Counted from the first letter of the stretch, positions 21,861-32,335 are shown. The stretch: 64,000 nucleotides of DNA from an uncultured Rivularia sp. (GCA_963665115.1 OY762007.1:1792001-1856000), one strand, 5' to 3'. Numbers and translations: made by a program. The notes: a model not told the origin generated them from the letters alone.

Positions 21861-22775
21861 TTGACGATGGAAAAATTACAAGATGCTATAACAAAGCCTG
21901 AATTTTTAATTTATTTTTTAATTTATTTAGGGACAATTATTGGCACTCAACTGCTCTACTCACTAGGTATTTACTTACGTCAGACTAGGACTAATAAACG
22001 ACGTTTTGCTCGCGGTTTACCAGAAACAATATTAATTCACCATGCGGAAAAACAATCCTCTCGTCGCATTGATGTTTTAATTCAAAACTTTCTCCTATTA
22101 GCTTCAGTTTTTATTGTTCCTTTTTTGTTAGTTTCTATCAGTTCTCTTGAGGATGCGGATAAAAGTAGCTTACTTCTCGTTTTTGTCCTTTTATTAATTT
22201 GGATTTTCGTTAACGGCACCGATCTGATTAAAGCTTTTCTTAATGGTCTAGCTTTCAAAACTATTACTGCTTTTACACAGCCTTTTCAAGTTGGAGATCG
22301 GGTTAATCTCAAAGGTATTAAAGGTAAAGTAGTTAAGTTTAATACTTTTTTTGTCGTCTTGATAACACCTGATGACGATCTTATTAGTATACCTACTCAT
22401 ACCCTTTGGAATGAAGTTTTAAACTCTGCTAATTCAGGCAATCGTTCTTCTTTGTGTGTGATAAATTTTTACCTAGCTTCTTTTAATACTGCCGAGCAAC
22501 GACAGGCTGCTGAAGATACTATTTGGGATGCGATACAATCTTCTGTTTATTACGAACCTTCTTTACCGATGCAAATTTATCTGAGCCAAACTCCTGATGC
22601 GATTAAATTGACGGCCAAAGCCTACGTTGCTTCTACTTATAACGAACCTCTTTTCAGCAGCGATGTTACTCGTGCTTTTTTAGATTTTGCTTCCAAAGCG
22701 AACATTGCTTTAACTCCAAGTACGTGGGAAGTAGGTGTAGAACATAATTATGTCGCAAAAAGTAGAAAAGCTTAA
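21861..22775 (+). CDS. MscS-family mechanosensitive ion channel protein
   Basis: TM helices followed by QPFQVGDRV…GKV…TPDDDLISIP beta-domain motif. Confidence 0.8.
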   Translation: MTMEKLQDAITKPEFLIYFLIYLGTIIGTQLLYSLGIYLRQTRTNKRRFARGLPETILIHHAEKQSSRRIDVLIQNFLLLASVFIVPFLLVSISSLEDADKSSLLLVFVLLLIWIFVNGTDLIKAFLNGLAFKTITAFTQPFQVGDRVNLKGIKGKVVKFNTFFVVLITPDDDLISIPTHTLWNEVLNSANSGNRSSLCVINFYLASFNTAEQRQAAEDTIWDAIQSSVYYEPSLPMQIYLSQTPDAIKLTAKAYVASTYNEPLFSSDVTRAFLDFASKANIALTPSTWEVGVEHNYVAKSRKA

Positions 22776-22827
22776 ATCACTTTCTAGTTATTCAGTTATG
22801 TAATCAGCAACTTAAAAGCAACTATTC

Positions 22828-22918
22828 AGGACTTAATAGAGCCCCCCTTAAAAAGGGGGGTTGGGGGGATCGAGAATGTCTGGAACACTATATTTCTCGT
22901 GATTGCTGCGTAAGTCCT
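22828..22918. mobile_element. MITE-like miniature element
   Basis: Terminal IR AGGACTTA/TAAGTCCT enclosing a CCCCCCTTAAAAGGGGGG hairpin. Confidence 0.55.
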
Positions 22919-22973
22919 AGTATTCTCTAAATTATTTTTATGAAGGCTATTAAGATTTTCACGAATTACGAAT

Positions 22974-25900
22974 TTACTTACAGAGTTCGCGATCGCTTTC
23001 TTTAGCATTGGATTCAAGATAATATGCAGCTTGTAGGCAAGCAGCCTTCACTAGTTGATTTAAATCTAATTGCAACTCTCGCAAATCCCACAGGATTAAC
23101 GTTCCGTCATCATAGCTAACTGAGGCAAGAGTTTTACCGTCAGGGCTAAAACTAACAATTTTGACTGGCTTATTTGGCTCATTGTCTGGGTTTGAGGTTT
23201 GCGGTTCTTTATCATCAAGGTTCGGGTTTAAGGTTTGGAATTCTTCACCATCAAGGTTCGGGTTTAAGGTTTGCAGTTCTTTACCATCAAGGTTCCAAAG
23301 TTTTACGGTACCGTCTTCACTCGCAGTTGCAATAATTTTTCCGTTGGGGCTAAAAGCGACGCTTAAAACATTATTATGCCCTTTGAGGGTTTTGAGTTCT
23401 TCGCCTTTCTTGTTCCAGAGTTTGATGGTATCTTTACTAGCAGAGGCAATGGTATTTTCGTTGGGACTCCAAGCTACACTGTTGAGTGCATATTTATGTC
23501 CGTCGAATGTTTTGAGGAATTGACCGTTTTTGTTCCATAGTTTAATAGTTTTATCATCGCTACCAGAAGCAATGGTTTTTCCATCGGGACTCCAAGCTAC
23601 ACTGTTGACATAAGCCTTATGTCCTTCGAGTGTTTTGAATACTTGACCATTTTTGTTCCATAGTTTGATAGTTTTATCTTCACTACCAGAGGCAATGGTA
23701 TTTCCGTCGGGACTCCAAGCTACACTCAAAACCGAATCATCATGTCCTTCGAGAGTTTTGAATACTTGACCATTTTTGTTCCAAAGTTTAATAGTATTAT
23801 CATCACTAGCAGAAGCAATGATCCTTCCGTCGGGACTAAAACTAACGCTTAAAACTTTATCCGTATGTTTGATTTTTGTTGGAATCGTTTTCCATCTCTC
23901 CTGCTTCAACCTCCAGATTTCGATGGTACCTTCCTTTGTACCAAAAGCAATGTTATTTCCTTTTGGGTTCCAAGCAACGCTGGAGAATAATGCTTGATTA
24001 TCTTCCTCAAGCTTTTTCAGTTTCTTATCCAATAAGCTCCAAAGCCTGACAGTATTATCCTCGCTAGCAGTAGCTATTTTCTTTCCGTCAGGGCTGAATT
24101 TGACACTGTTGATTCGACCGTCATGACCTTTAAGAGTTTGCAGAAGTTTTCCCCTTGTGTCCCAAATTTTAACAGTATTGTCGGCACTTGCAGAGGCAAT
24201 AGTATTCCCTTCAGGACTCCAAGCTATACTCAAGACGGAATCTTCATGTGCTCCAAGAGTTATGGGTTCCTCTTCTTCTATGTTCCAGAGTTTAACATTC
24301 TTATTACTAGCAAAGGCAATAGTCTTCCCGTCAGGACTAAAACTACCGCTATAAAATTTAATATCTTTGTCTTCTGGTATGGCTTTAACTACTTGACCAC
24401 TATTAACATTCCAAAGTTTGATTTTACCACCTTGAATAGCAGAAGCAATTGTCTTACCATCGGGGCTGAAGCTGAAACTTGTAATCTTTTCTCGATCGGC
24501 TGTAAGGAGTTTCAGAGGATTTCCTCGGCTATTCCAGAGTACAATCTTATTATCCGAATATCGAGAGGCTATAGTTTTTCTGCGGGCACTCCAAGTTACA
24601 TTCTTGACGGAACCATGCTTTCGGAGAGTTTTGGTTCTTTCTGACTGCAAGTTGAACATTCTAACAGTTTTTTGATCTTTAGTAAAGGCAATAGTTTTGC
24701 CGTCAGGACTAAACCTATAGAATTGAACGTTACTGCTGTTACTGGCTAGCTGTGTGGTTTTAATTACCTTGCCGTTAAGATTCCAACGTTTGATTGTACC
24801 ATCTTCGCTAGCTGAGACAATTTGCTTTCCGTCACGACTCCAAGCTACATCTTTGACTTTACCTTGATGTTTTAAACGATTTTGCTCTCTAAATCCATGT
24901 TCATAAACTGTTGCCTGTAAAGCTGTTAAAACTAAACTACGAGTTTCTTGATTTGGGCGCAATCCTTGTTTTAATATTTGTTCCCCTGCCCTAACGGCTT
25001 CAATTAGAGCATCAAACTTGAGATCTTCCTGATATAGCATCGAGGATAATCGAATTACAGAAGAAATCTGACGTTCAAGAGCTGCTTGGGCTTTTTTCTT
25101 CTGCTCTTCAGCTCTTTTCTTAGCGTTTTCAGCGTTTTCCTCAGCGTTTTCAGCGTCTTGCTGAGCTTTTAGGGCTGTTTCTTTAGCTTTTAGGGCTTTT
25201 TTCTTCTGCTCTTCAGCATTTTTCTGTGCTATTAGGGCAGTTTTCCTCTGAGATTCAGCCCTTCCCCTCTCCTGCCATGCCAATCCAGCAAGAACAACAG
25301 CAACCAAAAGTGCAATACTAACGGCACCAAGAAAAAACTTTTGTTTTTTAGCACTTTTTTTCTGTTCGGCTATCTTCTCTTGCTGTAAAAGCAGCATTCT
25401 TTCTTGTCGGCGTTTTTCTTCTTTTTGTGCTAGTTCAATCGCATTTTGACTGGCTTGAATAAACTCTTTCTGAAGAAAAGTTGTAGCAGGTTTTTTCTTT
25501 TTCTCTTCTGTCTCTTCCAACCAGTTTTGAGCAATTATTAAGTTACTACCCCGCAATAATAAATCATCATTTTTATTCTTCTGCTCCCACTCTAAAGCTC
25601 TTTGTAACCACTTACTATGATTTTGGACGTGTTCTCTGTCAGTTTCAATTGTTCTGAGCAATTGATTGAAGTTGGCATTAAAATCTTTGTTATTGCTGTT
25701 AAAATCAATCCATTGCACTTTGGCTAATTCTGGATGTAAATCGCTGGTATTTATTTCCCGATGCAGCACCGTCACACAGCGTTTATTCAACGAAGCTGCA
25801 TACTCCACCTCCGAATTACAGTAAGGTGAATTTACAGAACGCGGTGAGATAATAAATACAAAATTATCGGATATTTTAATTCCTCTATTAATTTCTTGTT

Positions 25901-27338
25901 GAAAATCACTCCCCGATGCTATACTTTCTTGATCGAACCAAGTCGTTTTTCCCTGTAGCTGTAAAGCATCATTCAACTTTCTCGCTAAGTCTGAGTCAGC
26001 ACGAGAGTAGGAAATGAACACATCGAGCGATTCTAATGGAGGTTGTTGCAGACTTGCGACAATAAATTCTGATTGTAATGGAATGGGTGGATGCTGCGTT
26101 CTTTTATGTGCCACCTCCAACCAAGTTTCGGCGCTGTGCAGGTTATATCCCCGTAGTAAAATACTAGGATTGTGATTTTGCTGTTGCCATTTCAAAGCTT
26201 TAGTTAACAGGATTTTATGCTCGTTGTAGTAAGCTGCATCCTCATATAAAATTTTGAGTAATTCGCTTTCATCGAGTTGATAATCAGCTTCGGTTAGATT
26301 ATCCGTCAAGTCAATATACTGTAAATCCTGCAATGCAGATGGTAATTCTATATTGTCAGTTGTTTGTACCAGCAGGGGAATAATCCGCTTATTGAATTCA
26401 ACAGCTAAATCCAATTCTTGCTGAGTGTAAGTGGATTTGACTGCATGAGGAGAAAGTAAATAAACCAAGTTATCGGCTTTTTCAATCCCCTGTTTAATAG
26501 AGTTGACAAAATCTTCCCCTGTTTTAATATCTATGGTATTTGTCCAAACCGTAATACCTTCTCGTCTTAAACTAGCGCGAATTTTCTCCATTGTGGCTCT
26601 ATCTTCCTCAGCATAGGAGAGAAATACCTGAGTCATCAAATTATTACCATTTTTGATGCTTTCGGTAATGAATTCGCAATGCAAATCGCTGGGAACACAA
26701 GGTGGTTGGGAGTCTTTGAAGCGAATTTTCAACCAAGCTTGAGCCTTTTCCTTTTCTTCCCCAGTTAACAAGTACCTTGTTTGCTTTTGATTCCTCTCCC
26801 ATTCCAAAGCTTTATTTAAAAACCTGGTATGCTGTTGTACATAATCTCTATGTAAATCAAGTAAATTAATTAAATCTGCGAGGGATTTGTCAAAATCATT
26901 TTTATCCTCTTGGAAATACACCCAGTTAATTTTACCGATTGTTGGGTGCATATTCACAAAAGATGTGTGTTTCCCTTGTGCAATGTATGCCTCCCAATCT
27001 TGTAAACTACCATTGGGATATCTAGAAAGCCAAGTTTCCCGATTAATTTCATCGACGTGTAATAAAGGAATAATCCGTTTATTACACTTAATCGCTAATT
27101 CTATTTCCTTAAGACAATAGGGGGAATTGATCGAATGGGGACTAATAACAAATAAGAAATGATCGGCTTTTTCGATACCATCATCAATTTGATTTTGAAA
27201 ATCAACACCCAAAGGGATATCGTTAAAATCGAACCAAACTTCCAACCCATGTTTGTTTAAACTAGATTGAAGTTTTAAGGCAAAATCTTTACTGTCAGCT
27301 CGTCCGTAGGAGATGAAAGCATCGAAAAATTTAGTCAT
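22974..27338 (-). CDS. Triple TIR-domain protein with TM helix, coiled coil and C-terminal WD40 propeller(s)
   Basis: Three F(I/L)SY…W.(D/N)…SP….S.Y…E TIR units; KFFLGAVSIALLVAVVLAGLAW TM helix; more than 10 GH…SVAWSPDG.TIAS.S.D.TIKLW repeats. Confidence 0.92.
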   Translation of the reverse strand: MTKFFDAFISYGRADSKDFALKLQSSLNKHGLEVWFDFNDIPLGVDFQNQIDDGIEKADHFLFVISPHSINSPYCLKEIELAIKCNKRIIPLLHVDEINRETWLSRYPNGSLQDWEAYIAQGKHTSFVNMHPTIGKINWVYFQEDKNDFDKSLADLINLLDLHRDYVQQHTRFLNKALEWERNQKQTRYLLTGEEKEKAQAWLKIRFKDSQPPCVPSDLHCEFITESIKNGNNLMTQVFLSYAEEDRATMEKIRASLRREGITVWTNTIDIKTGEDFVNSIKQGIEKADNLVYLLSPHAVKSTYTQQELDLAVEFNKRIIPLLVQTTDNIELPSALQDLQYIDLTDNLTEADYQLDESELLKILYEDAAYYNEHKILLTKALKWQQQNHNPSILLRGYNLHSAETWLEVAHKRTQHPPIPLQSEFIVASLQQPPLESLDVFISYSRADSDLARKLNDALQLQGKTTWFDQESIASGSDFQQEINRGIKISDNFVFIISPRSVNSPYCNSEVEYAASLNKRCVTVLHREINTSDLHPELAKVQWIDFNSNNKDFNANFNQLLRTIETDREHVQNHSKWLQRALEWEQKNKNDDLLLRGSNLIIAQNWLEETEEKKKKPATTFLQKEFIQASQNAIELAQKEEKRRQERMLLLQQEKIAEQKKSAKKQKFFLGAVSIALLVAVVLAGLAWQERGRAESQRKTALIAQKNAEEQKKKALKAKETALKAQQDAENAEENAENAKKRAEEQKKKAQAALERQISSVIRLSSMLYQEDLKFDALIEAVRAGEQILKQGLRPNQETRSLVLTALQATVYEHGFREQNRLKHQGKVKDVAWSRDGKQIVSASEDGTIKRWNLNGKVIKTTQLASNSSNVQFYRFSPDGKTIAFTKDQKTVRMFNLQSERTKTLRKHGSVKNVTWSARRKTIASRYSDNKIVLWNSRGNPLKLLTADREKITSFSFSPDGKTIASAIQGGKIKLWNVNSGQVVKAIPEDKDIKFYSGSFSPDGKTIAFASNKNVKLWNIEEEEPITLGAHEDSVLSIAWSPEGNTIASASADNTVKIWDTRGKLLQTLKGHDGRINSVKFSPDGKKIATASEDNTVRLWSLLDKKLKKLEEDNQALFSSVAWNPKGNNIAFGTKEGTIEIWRLKQERWKTIPTKIKHTDKVLSVSFSPDGRIIASASDDNTIKLWNKNGQVFKTLEGHDDSVLSVAWSPDGNTIASGSEDKTIKLWNKNGQVFKTLEGHKAYVNSVAWSPDGKTIASGSDDKTIKLWNKNGQFLKTFDGHKYALNSVAWSPNENTIASASKDTIKLWNKKGEELKTLKGHNNVLSVAFSPNGKIIATASEDGTVKLWNLDGKELQTLNPNLDGEEFQTLNPNLDDKEPQTSNPDNEPNKPVKIVSFSPDGKTLASVSYDDGTLILWDLRELQLDLNQLVKAACLQAAYYLESNAKESDRELCK
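23178..23295 (-). repeat. 36-bp (12-aa) tandem repeat x3 inside the last WD40 blade
   Basis: ATCAAGGTTCGGGTTTAAGGTTTG… at 23214 and 23250 plus a degenerate copy; protein GKELQTLNPNLD/GEEFQTLNPNLD/DKEPQTSNPDNE. Confidence 0.85.
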
Positions 27339-27471
27339 TAACGGCTAGGCCTATTTTATGTAAAAATACTTAATTTTAAACTTATAAATTATAGTACAAC
27401 ATTTGAGTGATGCGTAGGCTACAAACCAGCGTTACTTCTTTCAATTTTTTCTCATAGCGTCACCCAACTTA

Positions 27472-27596
27472 CAATACTACTCGGTGAAGGGGAGATCCTC
27501 CCTAACCCTCCTTAAAAAGGAGGGAACTAAGCCCCCTTTTTAAGGGGGTTTGGGGGATCTAACGATTGCGTTCAATTCCTTAACCGAGCAGTATTG
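27472..27596. mobile_element. MITE-like element, 125 bp
   Basis: 19-bp terminal IR (CAATACTACTCGGTGAAGG / CCTTAACCGAGCAGTATTG, 2 mismatches), internal hairpins, and an imperfect flanking direct repeat TCACCCAACTTA/TCACCCACCCTA. Confidence 0.7.
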
Positions 27597-27688
27597 TCAC
27601 CCACCCTACAATGGAAGTTAAAACCCAGAGGATTCTATTTAAATAACTATTCCCCATTCCCCATTCCCCATTCCCTATTCCCCATTCC

Positions 27689-28426
27689 CTATTCCTCAAT
27701 TAAATACGACTTAATCAACTCAGTCGTACTCACAAAACTCTCTTTGAAGTCAAGTATTTGCACCAACCCCGAAGCAACTAATTCCTTCGCACCCTCATCT
27801 GTAGTTTTCCCATCTATGGCAGCACTCAGCGCATCGGCTAATCTTCCACTACCAGCTACAGCCAGCACCTTTCTATTTGCTTTATGGCTTTCCGATACAT
27901 CTTTTCTGGAAATTTCTCCACCGTTAACTAAAACTGCTATAGATGGCGCTCCCTTGGCTATTACAGTAGCTACATTTGCTAACCAAGGTGATTCATCACC
28001 CCAGTCACAGCCAGGAATAAACACAAAATGACTGTGGTTTGGTTCCAATGCTGACACTTCTTCTGGTGGGGGTTGATTGGGCAGAGCTACTTTTCCTACT
28101 GGAGTTACACCAATTAAGGCAAATTGCGCCGATATCTGGGCACGAGCTTGCCCAATCATCTGCATCACACCAAAATCTGTACCACCATCCACAACAGAGG
28201 CACCTAGAGTTTCAATTACCGGAGCCAGCACATTGACAAATAGCGATCGCAAACGGTTTAAATCGGTTTCGCTCATTTTACCTGCACCACCCAAAATTAC
28301 GAGGATGGGGCGCGGATTGTCAAAACCTAGTTCCGACATAGCCGATAATAAGTCCTTTTGAGACTCAACTCGAATCGCAGATGCCGTTAGTCCATTTGAC
28401 ATGGCAAGCCTAAAGGGTTTTTCCAT
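27689..28426 (-). CDS. Stand-alone SLOG domain protein, TRPM-like (LSDAT prokaryotic) family
   Basis: ILGGAG, VVDGGTDFGVM, LEPNHSHFVF, WGDES, LVNGG and VAGSGRLAD motifs. Confidence 0.82.
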   Translation of the reverse strand: MEKPFRLAMSNGLTASAIRVESQKDLLSAMSELGFDNPRPILVILGGAGKMSETDLNRLRSLFVNVLAPVIETLGASVVDGGTDFGVMQMIGQARAQISAQFALIGVTPVGKVALPNQPPPEEVSALEPNHSHFVFIPGCDWGDESPWLANVATVIAKGAPSIAVLVNGGEISRKDVSESHKANRKVLAVAGSGRLADALSAAIDGKTTDEGAKELVASGLVQILDFKESFVSTTELIKSYLIEE

Positions 28427-28547
28427 GTGAGTGTAAGTAGGTTGGCGTTGAAAATTGTAATTAGGGCAAGGCAGTCGGCAGTAGGAATAAGGGTTTTAGG
28501 GTAAAAAACATTTTGTTATATAGTTATATTTACTTGTGCCGACTTAA

Positions 28548-28970
28548 TTATCAGTTTTAAATTATAGTATTGATTTATTATACACAGATGAGTTAGACGG
28601 AATACTCATCAAAAATGTATTTTCAACTAAAGCAATAGAAGCGGCAAGAAAACACGTTGAAAGCATATCATCTAAATTTGAACGGATAATCTACGGAGAA
28701 AAGCTTGGTTTCTCTCTAATAGAAACAAAAGATGACTTAAATAAGTATTTCCAGAAAGCATCTGATTTTATATTGCAATTAAAGAAAATTTTCTCTAATA
28801 AGTTTGAAGCAAGAATATTTAACATTTTCAATAATCTTCATAGTTTAAAAAATATCAAATTTCTTCACACAAAAGGGGAAATCGGGTTAAGCGCATCTTT
28901 ATACAGAATTTGTATAAAACAAATCCTTCTCATATTAGTTATTTTTTATTTTATTTTTTATAACGTTTAA
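28548..28970 (+). pseudogene. Gene remnant, possibly the N-terminal part of a 2OG-Fe(II) oxygenase-like protein
   Basis: About 140-codon open frame without a 5' ATG (IDLLYTDELDGILIKNVFS…YGEKLG…KYFQKAS…FEARIFNIF). Confidence 0.35.
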
Positions 28971-29086
28971 CGCGGCTACGTAATTACTCAAAAACACACG
29001 AATTTACATACCCAGTTATCAGGAATCTATTTTGCTCATAGTGTAGGACTAATTAGTAAATTAAACACTATATTAGAGAATTACAC

Positions 29087-29491
29087 ATGAAATTATCTTC
29101 TTTATCTTTGCAGAAATTATTTTTATCTGTGGCCAGTGTATGTTCGCTATCAATTCCTTTCATGCAATCCGCACAAGCTACTCCATATCAGGAAGTACGT
29201 CATTATTGTAAAGATTATGAAAGCGTATTTGTAGCTGCTGAAACTAAGAATTTTTATGTGAGTATTTGCGGCAGCCATTCACCTTATCATTATGTAGGTG
29301 TTAGTAAGAAAACTGGTAAATCTATACGATTACCTTTAAATGTAGATGGAGTAGATTCACGAGGACAATATTTTGAAGCTGTTAATGGCAAGTATACTTA
29401 TATTTTGGCTAATTCAACTAAAGGTAAGAATTTAACTGTTTCTAAAGGTTATCGCGAACTTCTAAGCGAACCTGTTTTAAGAGGTTTTTAA
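29087..29491 (+). CDS. Secreted hypothetical protein
   Basis: Signal peptide ending in AQA; C…FVAAETKNFYVSICG…YVG…F.A.NG.Y.Y pattern seen in small cyanobacterial secreted proteins. Confidence 0.75.
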   Translation: MKLSSLSLQKLFLSVASVCSLSIPFMQSAQATPYQEVRHYCKDYESVFVAAETKNFYVSICGSHSPYHYVGVSKKTGKSIRLPLNVDGVDSRGQYFEAVNGKYTYILANSTKGKNLTVSKGYRELLSEPVLRGF

Positions 29492-29617
29492 ACTAAATAT
29501 TCTAAATATTGTTTTACGTTCATTATTTATTTAAACCTAAATTAAAGGAGACGTTGCACTGCAACGTCTCTACATTTTTTTTATATGATTAGCATTTTAC
29601 CTATTACCTATTACCTA

Positions 29618-30247
29618 TTACCCATTACCTTTCAAAATAGTTTTTATTTGATCGATTAAACTAGTACCACCCCAAATCAAAGCTGCAAAAACGGAACCAA
29701 TTAATACTGCTGCGATCGCGCAAATAGTTAAACCACCCAAACTAATTGCACCGTCGTCTTCTAATAAACCAAAGCCGGTTACAAAAATACCAATTGCTGG
29801 TAAAGTATTTGTTCCGGGAATGGGAATCATCATGAAGCTTGACATTAAGGCGATCGCTAATCCAATAATGATTTTTCCGGGAATAGTAGTACAAATAAAC
29901 GGTAAGCGGGGACGACTTACGGCTTCAATTTTCTGTAAGAATGGAATTCCAGCTTTGACAAATTTTTGCGCTGTTTCAAGTTTAATCGGACGTTTTGCAA
30001 ATTTTTCCGGCAGCCAGGGTTCTTCACGTCCTATAATTAATTGCGCTGCTAAGAATATCATTATGATTCCGAAGGGAATTGATATAACTGGTGCCGGAAG
30101 CGGTAAAGCTGAAGGTAAAGAGAGGATAACAAACAAAAATCCGAAAATTCTTTCCCCTGCTAAATCCAGGACATTTTCTAAAGTTACGGTATCACCACGC
30201 TTCTCTTCAAAAAAAAAGCGGTTTAATTCCTTGGACAGTTTAGGCAT
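29618..30247 (-). CDS. exoD: Exopolysaccharide biosynthesis protein ExoD family
   Basis: GERIFGFLFVILSLPSALP, PWLP and PIPGTNTLPA…EDDG motifs. Confidence 0.88.
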   Translation of the reverse strand: MPKLSKELNRFFFEEKRGDTVTLENVLDLAGERIFGFLFVILSLPSALPLPAPVISIPFGIIMIFLAAQLIIGREEPWLPEKFAKRPIKLETAQKFVKAGIPFLQKIEAVSRPRLPFICTTIPGKIIIGLAIALMSSFMMIPIPGTNTLPAIGIFVTGFGLLEDDGAISLGGLTICAIAAVLIGSVFAALIWGGTSLIDQIKTILKGNG

Positions 30248-30329
30248 AAGATTATTAAGAATACAGTTTTATCAAGCACAATATACAACCTGAAAATTAA
30301 CTATACCGGAAGCGCTGCTTGTTTTCATC

Positions 30330-31112
30330 ATGGGAAGATACTTAAAAGTTATTAGATTATTCTGGAGTGCTGCTATAGCGGCTGAAATGGAGTACCGCGT
30401 CAATTTTGTCATTGCAACTCTCAGCAGCGTGGGAAACCTGGCGGGGAGCTTGTTTAGTTTGTTTTTGTTTTACCGTACTGGCTATACTTTTTCTGGCTGG
30501 CAATGGGAAGCGGCTTTGATAGTTGTGGGGATTTACACTTTATTGCAAGGCTTTTCGGAAACGTTTCTCGCTCCTAACTTAAACCGCATCGTGCGTCACG
30601 TACAGGAAGGAACTCTCGATTTTGTTTTACTAAAACCCATCCGCAGCCAATTTTGGCTTTCTTCCCACACCGTTTCACCCTGGGGAATCTCGGATTTGAT
30701 TTTTGGCAGCATTATAATTATTTACGCTGGTAATCGTTTGGGTTTGGGAATTGGCGATTATCTTGTTAGCATTCCACCGCTGTTTTTTGGTTTAATAATC
30801 CTTTATAGCTTGTGGTTTATGTTGGGAGCTACAAGTATTTGGTTTGTGAAAATATACAACGTAACTGAAGTTTTGCGGGGATTGATTGAAGCCGGAAGAT
30901 ATCCAATGGTTGCTTATCCGGCGGCTTTTCGGATATTTTTTACTTTTGTAGTTCCGGTGGCTTTTTTAACTACCGTACCTGCCGAAGCGATGCTTGGTAG
31001 AACTCAAATTGTTTGGGTGATAGGTGCGGGAATTTTGGCTTTAGCGTTATTTTTTGTTTCGTCGAGATTTTGGCTGTTTGCGTTGAAATCTTATACTAGT
31101 GCTTCGAGTTAG
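30330..31112 (+). CDS. ABC-2 family transporter permease
   Basis: EMEYRVNF, GTLDFVLLKP and GRYP…TFVVPVAF motifs. Confidence 0.88.
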   Translation: MGRYLKVIRLFWSAAIAAEMEYRVNFVIATLSSVGNLAGSLFSLFLFYRTGYTFSGWQWEAALIVVGIYTLLQGFSETFLAPNLNRIVRHVQEGTLDFVLLKPIRSQFWLSSHTVSPWGISDLIFGSIIIIYAGNRLGLGIGDYLVSIPPLFFGLIILYSLWFMLGATSIWFVKIYNVTEVLRGLIEAGRYPMVAYPAAFRIFFTFVVPVAFLTTVPAEAMLGRTQIVWVIGAGILALALFFVSSRFWLFALKSYTSASS

Positions 31113-31185
31113 GGTTTTGGAAAATATGTTTTGAACGCAAAGGGGCGCAGAGGTACGCGGAGTTTGAAGAAGAAAGAGGATTGAA

Positions 31186-32335
31186 ATGGATACAAATCTT
31201 TTAAATCAAATGGTGAGTGAATTAAAAGAATTAGGTGCGATAACATCGATTCAGGTAGAAAAGGCATTTAGCAAAGTTTTACGTCACAAATTATTAGAAA
31301 CCTTCTATATTCCTGGAGATTTACAACAACCAATTGTCAATAAACCAAATAACCCAGATCCGGAACACCTAAAGCTTATTTACTCTAATAAATGTCTTAT
31401 TACTCGTATAAGTGATAGGCAAGCATCAAGTTCAACATCCGAACCGATGTTAATGGCTCGTATGCTTGAATTGCTGGCGCTTTCTGCCAAAATGAAAGTT
31501 TTAGAAATTGGCACAGGTACTGGTTACAATGCTGCACTGATATCAGAAATAGTTGGCGAGCAAAATCTTGTTGTTTCTATAGATATTCAAGAAGATGTTA
31601 TTGCTCAAACTCAAAGATTACTATCTGATGCGGGCTACCCAAATATTAATTTAGTGCTGGGTGATGGCTTTCACGGAGTTCAACAGCAAGCACCATACGA
31701 CAGAATTATTGCAACTGTTGGATGTTTTGATATTTCACCTTATTGGGTAAATCAGCTTTCGACTTCTGGCTTGATGATATTACCGCTACATCATGGAGGC
31801 TGGGACTCCTTTAGTAAAAGTTTGGCAGCAAGAAGAAACGCTACTCGGTAAAGTAGTTGGTATTTCTGGTTTTATGCCTTTTAAAGGAGATGAATTTGCG
31901 GATGAACCTGCACCTTTTGGTTTTATGAATTCAGTTTCGATTGAAGAGTTTGAAGAACTTGCTTTATTTGATAACCTCGAAGTTGAGCATACCAGCAACT
32001 TTTTGATGTGGTCAGCTTTTCCAGTTAATTTCTATTATTTTATAACAATATCCGATTCCCGTGCTTTTTGGGATATGAACCCTCCGGGGTATGGTTTGTA
32101 CGATAAACAAGAAGGAATAATTCTAATTAGTCCGCGAAAGAACTGCATACTTTTAGAAGGTGATAGAAAACTCTACAATCGACTGCAAGAACTTTACGAA
32201 AATTGGTTAGAATTAGGTAAACCAAGTCCTTTTGATTATGACATCGAGTTTCTACCATCATCAAAAGCAGCAACATCTTCTAAAGAGGGCTGGAATATTA
32301 AAAGAAAGTTCTATCAACAGTTTTTGTCTTTGTAA
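31186..32335 (+). CDS. PIMT/Pcm-like methyltransferase with C-terminal extension (frameshift at about 31802-31804)
   Basis: SSTSEP, VLEIGTGTGYNAA, GDG…APYDRIIAT. ORFs 31186-31851 and 31793-32335 join as GGWTPLVKVW by removing one G. Confidence 0.8.
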
